Part shown: piece after piece, positions 50,555 through 54,434 of the stretch | Numbering within the stretch: the stretch's first letter is position 1 | Layout: every line of letters begins with the position of its first letter | Assembly: GCA_046753565.1 (NCBI GenBank) | Contig: JBHHTY010000001.1 | Span: forward strand, 1 to 54,434 | Reading direction: 5' to 3' | DNA: 54,434 nt | Source of the DNA: Mariprofundus sp. | GTDB lineage: Bacteria > Pseudomonadota > Zetaproteobacteria > Mariprofundales > Mariprofundaceae | Position numbers and translations under genes: made by a program | The notes under the pieces: generated by a model | Told to the model about the DNA's origin: nothing | Seen by the model: only the letters and a program-made list of their open reading frames with translations | Database searches by the model: none

Positions 50555-51487
50555 GTGAAAAAGAAGATATCTATATCACGTTCAGATGAATGGATCGCTT
50601 TGAAGATGAGCCGGCATCTGTTTGTGGCCAGTGCCCTGTTGCTGGCCGGTCTGGCTGTTTTTGGCCTGTGGGGCATGTACGGTGTTTATCAGAGTGAGCG
50701 TGTTTCTGTCATGCTGCAGCACAGCGAGGCCGAACTGGAGAAGATCCGGCTGGCCGGTGATGCACGTCTTGCCGAGCTGAACCGGCAATTGCAGACAAAA
50801 GAAAACAAGCTGGCGGTATATGCGCGTACAGTGGGCCAGATGCAGGCACGCATGAGCCGGCTGGATGCACTTGGTGCGCGGCTGGTGGATGTTGCCGCAC
50901 TGGATAAATCTGAATTCGATTTTGGGCTGGAGCCTGCTTTCGGCGGCTACAGTCCGTTACTGCCCGTGGTACTTGATGCGGAAGCTGTTCTGGATAAACG
51001 CCTGTCCATACTTGATGATCGTTTGAGACAGCTCGATGTGCAGCTTGCTTCTGTCGATTATCTGCTGGAACAGCAGCAGACACTGGAAAAATCCCGGCCA
51101 CATGGCTGGCCGACCGTGGGCGGCTGGATCAGTTCACGATTCGGCCCGCGTATCGATCCGTTCAGTGGGGCATCGGCTTATCATCATGGTGTGGATATCG
51201 CCAACCATTACGGGGCGCCGGTAGTGGCTGCCAGTCGCGGTGTGGTTACCTTTGCCGACAAAATGGAAGACTTCGGCTATGTGGTCGATGTTGAACATGG
51301 CTACGGGTATAAAACGCGCTATGCCCACATGTCCAGCCTGAAGGTCAAGGTCGGAGATGTTGTGGTAAGTCATCAGGAACTGGGCCGAATCGGATCGACC
51401 GGCCATTCCACAGGTCCACACCTGCATTACGAAGTCAGCCGTTATGGAAAACTGATTAATCCGGGAATATTCCTGCCCAGAAGCTGA
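50555..51487 (+). CDS. M23-family peptidoglycan metallopeptidase with TM and coiled coil
   Basis: HHGVDIA (HxxxD), YAH, STGHSTGPHLHYEV (HxH). Confidence 0.93.
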   Translation: MKKKISISRSDEWIALKMSRHLFVASALLLAGLAVFGLWGMYGVYQSERVSVMLQHSEAELEKIRLAGDARLAELNRQLQTKENKLAVYARTVGQMQARMSRLDALGARLVDVAALDKSEFDFGLEPAFGGYSPLLPVVLDAEAVLDKRLSILDDRLRQLDVQLASVDYLLEQQQTLEKSRPHGWPTVGGWISSRFGPRIDPFSGASAYHHGVDIANHYGAPVVAASRGVVTFADKMEDFGYVVDVEHGYGYKTRYAHMSSLKVKVGDVVVSHQELGRIGSTGHSTGPHLHYEVSRYGKLINPGIFLPRS

Positions 51488-51789
51488 ATCACCCCGGCAT
51501 AAAAATCGCTGAGATATCTGTATTTGCCGGGTTTCTCTTCAAAAATAGGCCATACAATGCCTGAGTCTCCACGATTTTGTTTGGCTACGATGATTTCTGT
51601 CAGGCATTCATTGTCCGGTTTGCGGTGATAAATTTTGTCGCGGTAGAGAAACAAAATCTCATCGGCTTTTTGTTCGATGATGCTGGCGGCATACAGATCG
51701 GAAATGACCGGCCGTTTGTCAGTCCGATAGTCAATGGCATGTTTGAGATGTGATGTCACTACGATTGCGATTTCCAGTTCCTGGGAAAT
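51442..51789 (-). pseudogene. Degenerate C-terminal fragment of a DnaB-like helicase
   Basis: ISQELEIAIVVTSHLKHAIDYRTDKRPVISDLYAASIIEQKADEILFLYRD..Y..KPDN...EIIVAKQNRG aligns with the C-terminus of the intact DnaB in this window. In-frame TGA at 51792-90 upstream; no Walker A. Confidence 0.8.
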
Positions 51790-51836
51790 TCACCGGCGAT
51801 TTTTTCAGGGAAAATCAGGGGAGTGCATTATCGAAT

Positions 51837-52151
51837 TCAAATCCCGGTGAAGACAAAATCCAATGCGGTGATAATGTCATCTCGGTGACTTCGAACATTG
51901 CCTGCTGGTTCCCCCAATATCGCTACGGAAACGCCTGCCAGCTCCACTGTGGAAAGCACAAGCTTTTCGCCGTCGACCTCAAGAACCGGGTTCAAATGGC
52001 GCAATGGCTTTGAGAGAGATTCCAACGTATGAAGCGGAATCACAACTCGCGTGCCTAAGATATCCAACAGGTCTGCCTGCACATCAAGCAAATATGGAAT
52101 GAAAGCGTTTGTTTCAGGGTTAGGGTTTCGGTACAGATCAAACTGCGCCAT
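51837..52151 (-). CDS. ccdB: CcdB gyrase-poison toxin
   Basis: MAQFDLYRN, PYLLDVQADLL, TRVVIPL, LNP, C-terminal ALDFVFTGI. Confidence 0.92.
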   Translation of the reverse strand: MAQFDLYRNPNPETNAFIPYLLDVQADLLDILGTRVVIPLHTLESLSKPLRHLNPVLEVDGEKLVLSTVELAGVSVAILGEPAGNVRSHRDDIITALDFVFTGI

Positions 52152-52381
52152 CAGAATTGCCGTAGCCCATCACTAAACACACCTTGCTTTTCGATGCGCC
52201 GATTATATGCAATGATGGCATCTTTATTATCTTCCAACCATGCCCGCTGCTGTTTCTCACGCAGAACTTCAACCAGAGAAGTTTCCAGCGTTTGCGAAAG
52301 ATTAATGTGCAAGGCTTTTGCCTGATCAATTAACCTTTCGTTGATTCGAAGGTTCACTGCCCGTTTCGCCGACTTGCTCAT
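52151..52381 (-). CDS. ccdA: CcdA antitoxin
   Basis: KRAVNLRI (RHH), INLS, WLEDNKDAI..YNRRIEKQGVFSDGLRQF; TGATG overlap with ccdB. Confidence 0.93.
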   Translation of the reverse strand: MSKSAKRAVNLRINERLIDQAKALHINLSQTLETSLVEVLREKQQRAWLEDNKDAIIAYNRRIEKQGVFSDGLRQF

Positions 52382-52403
52382 AGTGCCTCCATTATATTAA
52401 TGC

Positions 52404-52434
52404 GCACAAACTATACGCACAGTATTAAAGCACA
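52404..52434 (-). repeat. Three GCACA direct repeats at 13-bp period upstream of ccdA (putative operator)
   Basis: GCACA at 52404, 52417 and 52430 in the AT-rich promoter region. Confidence 0.55.
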
Positions 52435-52586
52435 TTATGAGCGGTGAATCAACGCCGCTGATGAAGGTGTCTGCTTTAAAGCGGCAAAGAATGGTAATGC
52501 GTTTGCCCAGAATATTTTGGGCGTCAGTTATGCTTCCGGAGCTGTAGTTCTACCTGGTCCTGACTTTTATGACGAAGTTGGACTTC

Positions 52587-53531
52587 TTATGTCGTGTGCC
52601 GGTGTAGCAGCAGTTTTCTGCGGTATTCTTCCGGGTCTTTGGTCTGGGTCATGGCTCCCTCACGGGGGAACAGGGCATCGTACAGACGCGAAACCCAGAA
52701 ACGCAGCGCCGCCAGTCTGAGCAGTAAAGGCAAGGCCATGTGTTCATCTTCCTGCAGCGGGCGCACCGATTCGTAGCCATTGAGGAATGCCCTGATGCGG
52801 GCGTCGTCGTGCTCGTTCAACAGTACGGCCTGTGCATTGATCGAGATGGCGATATCCATGGCATAGGCGGCATCATGGGCATAGTAGAAATCAATAATGC
52901 CGGACACTTCATCGCCCTTGAACAGGATATTATCCACGAACAGATCGCCGTGAATCACGCCGCGGGGCAATGAATCCCAGGCACAGGAACGTTGAAAATC
53001 CAGCTCGTCCGACAGCAGGCTGGCTGCATCCTTTCCGTACACGGAAGCTGTTTGTTCGAGCACAGTGGCGATCTTCTCTTCCAGCCAGTTTTCCCCGGTC
53101 GGGTTATCGCGGCGCTGCTTGAAATCAGCGCCGGCCAGATGCAATTGTGCCAGAGCCTTGCCGGAAGCGGAGAGTTGGGCTTCATTGAGCTCATCCAGCG
53201 TTTTTCCGGGCAGGCATGAGACAATACAACCCTGTTTGCCCTGGATCTCGAACAGCAATGAACCGTCCCGGCGCTGCATGACATCGGGGCAGGACAGGCT
53301 GTTGGCGGCCAGGTATTTCATCAGATGCATGAAATAGGGTAGCTCTGTTGCATCCATGCGTTCAAAAACCGTCAGCACATAGCGTCCGGCATGTTCTTCC
53401 TGTGTATCAATGAAAAAATTACTGTTTTCAATGCCGGCGGCAATACCTTCAAAAGAAGACAGGCTGCCAAGATTGTAGCCGGAGAGAATGTGGCTGATAT
53501 CAGCGAATGTGAGTTCTGTATAGACGGACAT
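52587..53531 (-). CDS. thrB: Homoserine kinase type II (APH-fold)
   Basis: MSVYT, GIENSNF, YVLTVFE, LPRGVIHGDLFVDN, IIDFYYA, LRFWVSRL, KDPEEY. Confidence 0.95.
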   Translation of the reverse strand: MSVYTELTFADISHILSGYNLGSLSSFEGIAAGIENSNFFIDTQEEHAGRYVLTVFERMDATELPYFMHLMKYLAANSLSCPDVMQRRDGSLLFEIQGKQGCIVSCLPGKTLDELNEAQLSASGKALAQLHLAGADFKQRRDNPTGENWLEEKIATVLEQTASVYGKDAASLLSDELDFQRSCAWDSLPRGVIHGDLFVDNILFKGDEVSGIIDFYYAHDAAYAMDIAISINAQAVLLNEHDDARIRAFLNGYESVRPLQEDEHMALPLLLRLAALRFWVSRLYDALFPREGAMTQTKDPEEYRRKLLLHRHTT

Positions 53532-53683
53532 GGTCCGAAAGATAGCCGCCTGAGCCGATCAGACATAGTCCGGATTGATCGTGCTGACCGGTACATTGCC
53601 CTGATGTCACAGGCATTGTTCGGTCAGCATTCAACGGTTAGCGTTCGCAGCCTTTCTTTGGCAATACATGCGGCAGGTAAACT

Positions 53684-54434
53684 ATGGATAAAATTATCAT
53701 TCAGGGCGGTATCCCGCTATCGGGTACCCTTGAAGCCAGTGGCGCGAAAAATGCCGCGCTGCCGTTGCTTGCAGCGGCCATTCTGGTGGATGGTCCTGTA
53801 ACCTACCGCCGTATTCCGCATCTGCGCGATATTTCAACCATGATGACCCTGCTGGCATGGCAGGGCGCGGACGTTGAATATGATGATCAGCATTGCCTGC
53901 ATGTGGATGCACGGCCGGCCAGCAAATCCGAGGCGCCGTATGAACTGGTGAAGACCATGCGCGCTTCTTCACTGGTGCTGGGGCCGTTGCTGGCACGTTT
54001 CGGTCAGGCCCGGGTCAGTTTACCCGGCGGTTGTGCCATCGGTGCGCGGCCGATTGACATGCATCTGAAAGGCCTGGAAGCGATGGGCGCGAGTATTGAA
54101 GTGGAGCAGGGTGATATTGTGGCCCGGGCAGCCGGGAGATTGAGCGGTGCCCGTATCGATTTTGATCAGGTCACGGTAACCGGCACGGAAAATCTGATGA
54201 TGGCCGCTGTACTGGCCCGGGGCACCACCGTTCTGGATAATGCGGCCAGGGAGCCGGAGATTGTGAATCTGGCTGAGTCGCTGCGCGGCCTCGGTGCCGA
54301 TATTGAGGGTGATGGCAGCAGCCGTATTGTGATTCAGGGTGTGAATCGCCTTGAAGCCGGTGAAATGACCACCATTGCCGACCGTATCGAAACAGCCACC
54401 TATCTGGCGGCCGGCCTGATGACCGGCGGTGATG
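53684..54434 (+). CDS. murA: UDP-N-acetylglucosamine 1-carboxyvinyltransferase, 5' part (runs off the window end)
   Basis: Hand translation: [12 protein letters not shown]...[53 protein letters not shown]. Confidence 0.97.
   Translation, partial: MDKIIIQGGIPLSGTLEASGAKNAALPLLAAAILVDGPVTYRRIPHLRDISTMMTLLAWQGADVEYDDQHCLHVDARPASKSEAPYELVKTMRASSLVLGPLLARFGQARVSLPGGCAIGARPIDMHLKGLEAMGASIEVEQGDIVARAAGRLSGARIDFDQVTVTGTENLMMAAVLARGTTVLDNAAREPEIVNLAESLRGLGADIEGDGSSRIVIQGVNRLEAGEMTTIADRIETATYLAAGLMTGGD

Noticed and set aside
51485-52451. TGAATCA at both sides of the ccdAB/dnaB' islet as attachment-site repeats
   Set aside because: Only 7 bp match, which is expected by chance; no integrase is present.
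1-54434. tRNA, rRNA, CRISPR array, IS/transposase
   Set aside because: Intergenic regions are short and show no cloverleaf, regular repeat-spacer pattern or terminal inverted repeats; no transposase ORF.

Overview
Bacterial chromosomal window, probably from a Zetaproteobacterium/Mariprofundus-like organism (inferred from gene content and style, not verified). It is mostly housekeeping: hemF (partial), yceD-rpmF-plsX-fabHDG-acpP-fabF-pabB, rpsF-priB-like-rpsR-yybS-rplI-dnaB, nadA, ilvD, a fatty-acid beta-oxidation cluster with lipB, acnA-mutM-argS-SPOR-amgK-slyD, hemA-prfA-prmC, an M23 peptidase, thrB and murA (partial). The best candidate for an undescribed system is a five-gene cluster at 937-8401. 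It encodes a signal-peptide-bearing phospho-His/ATP-grasp dikinase with the domain order of glucan-water dikinase, an Npt1/TLC-type ATP/ADP exchanger, and three exported class A beta-lactamase-fold serine enzymes. Together these suggest ATP-dependent chemistry outside the cytoplasm. Other notable items: an rlmJ remnant with a large internal deletion, a LexA-HTH/UmuD hybrid plus a Y-family polymerase with an operator-like palindrome filling the promoter spacer, a ccdAB toxin-antitoxin pair beside a decayed second dnaB fragment, and a recurrent leaderless-promoter pattern. No rRNA, tRNA, CRISPR array or intact IS element was seen. All calls are by-eye motif recognition; no database searches were run.
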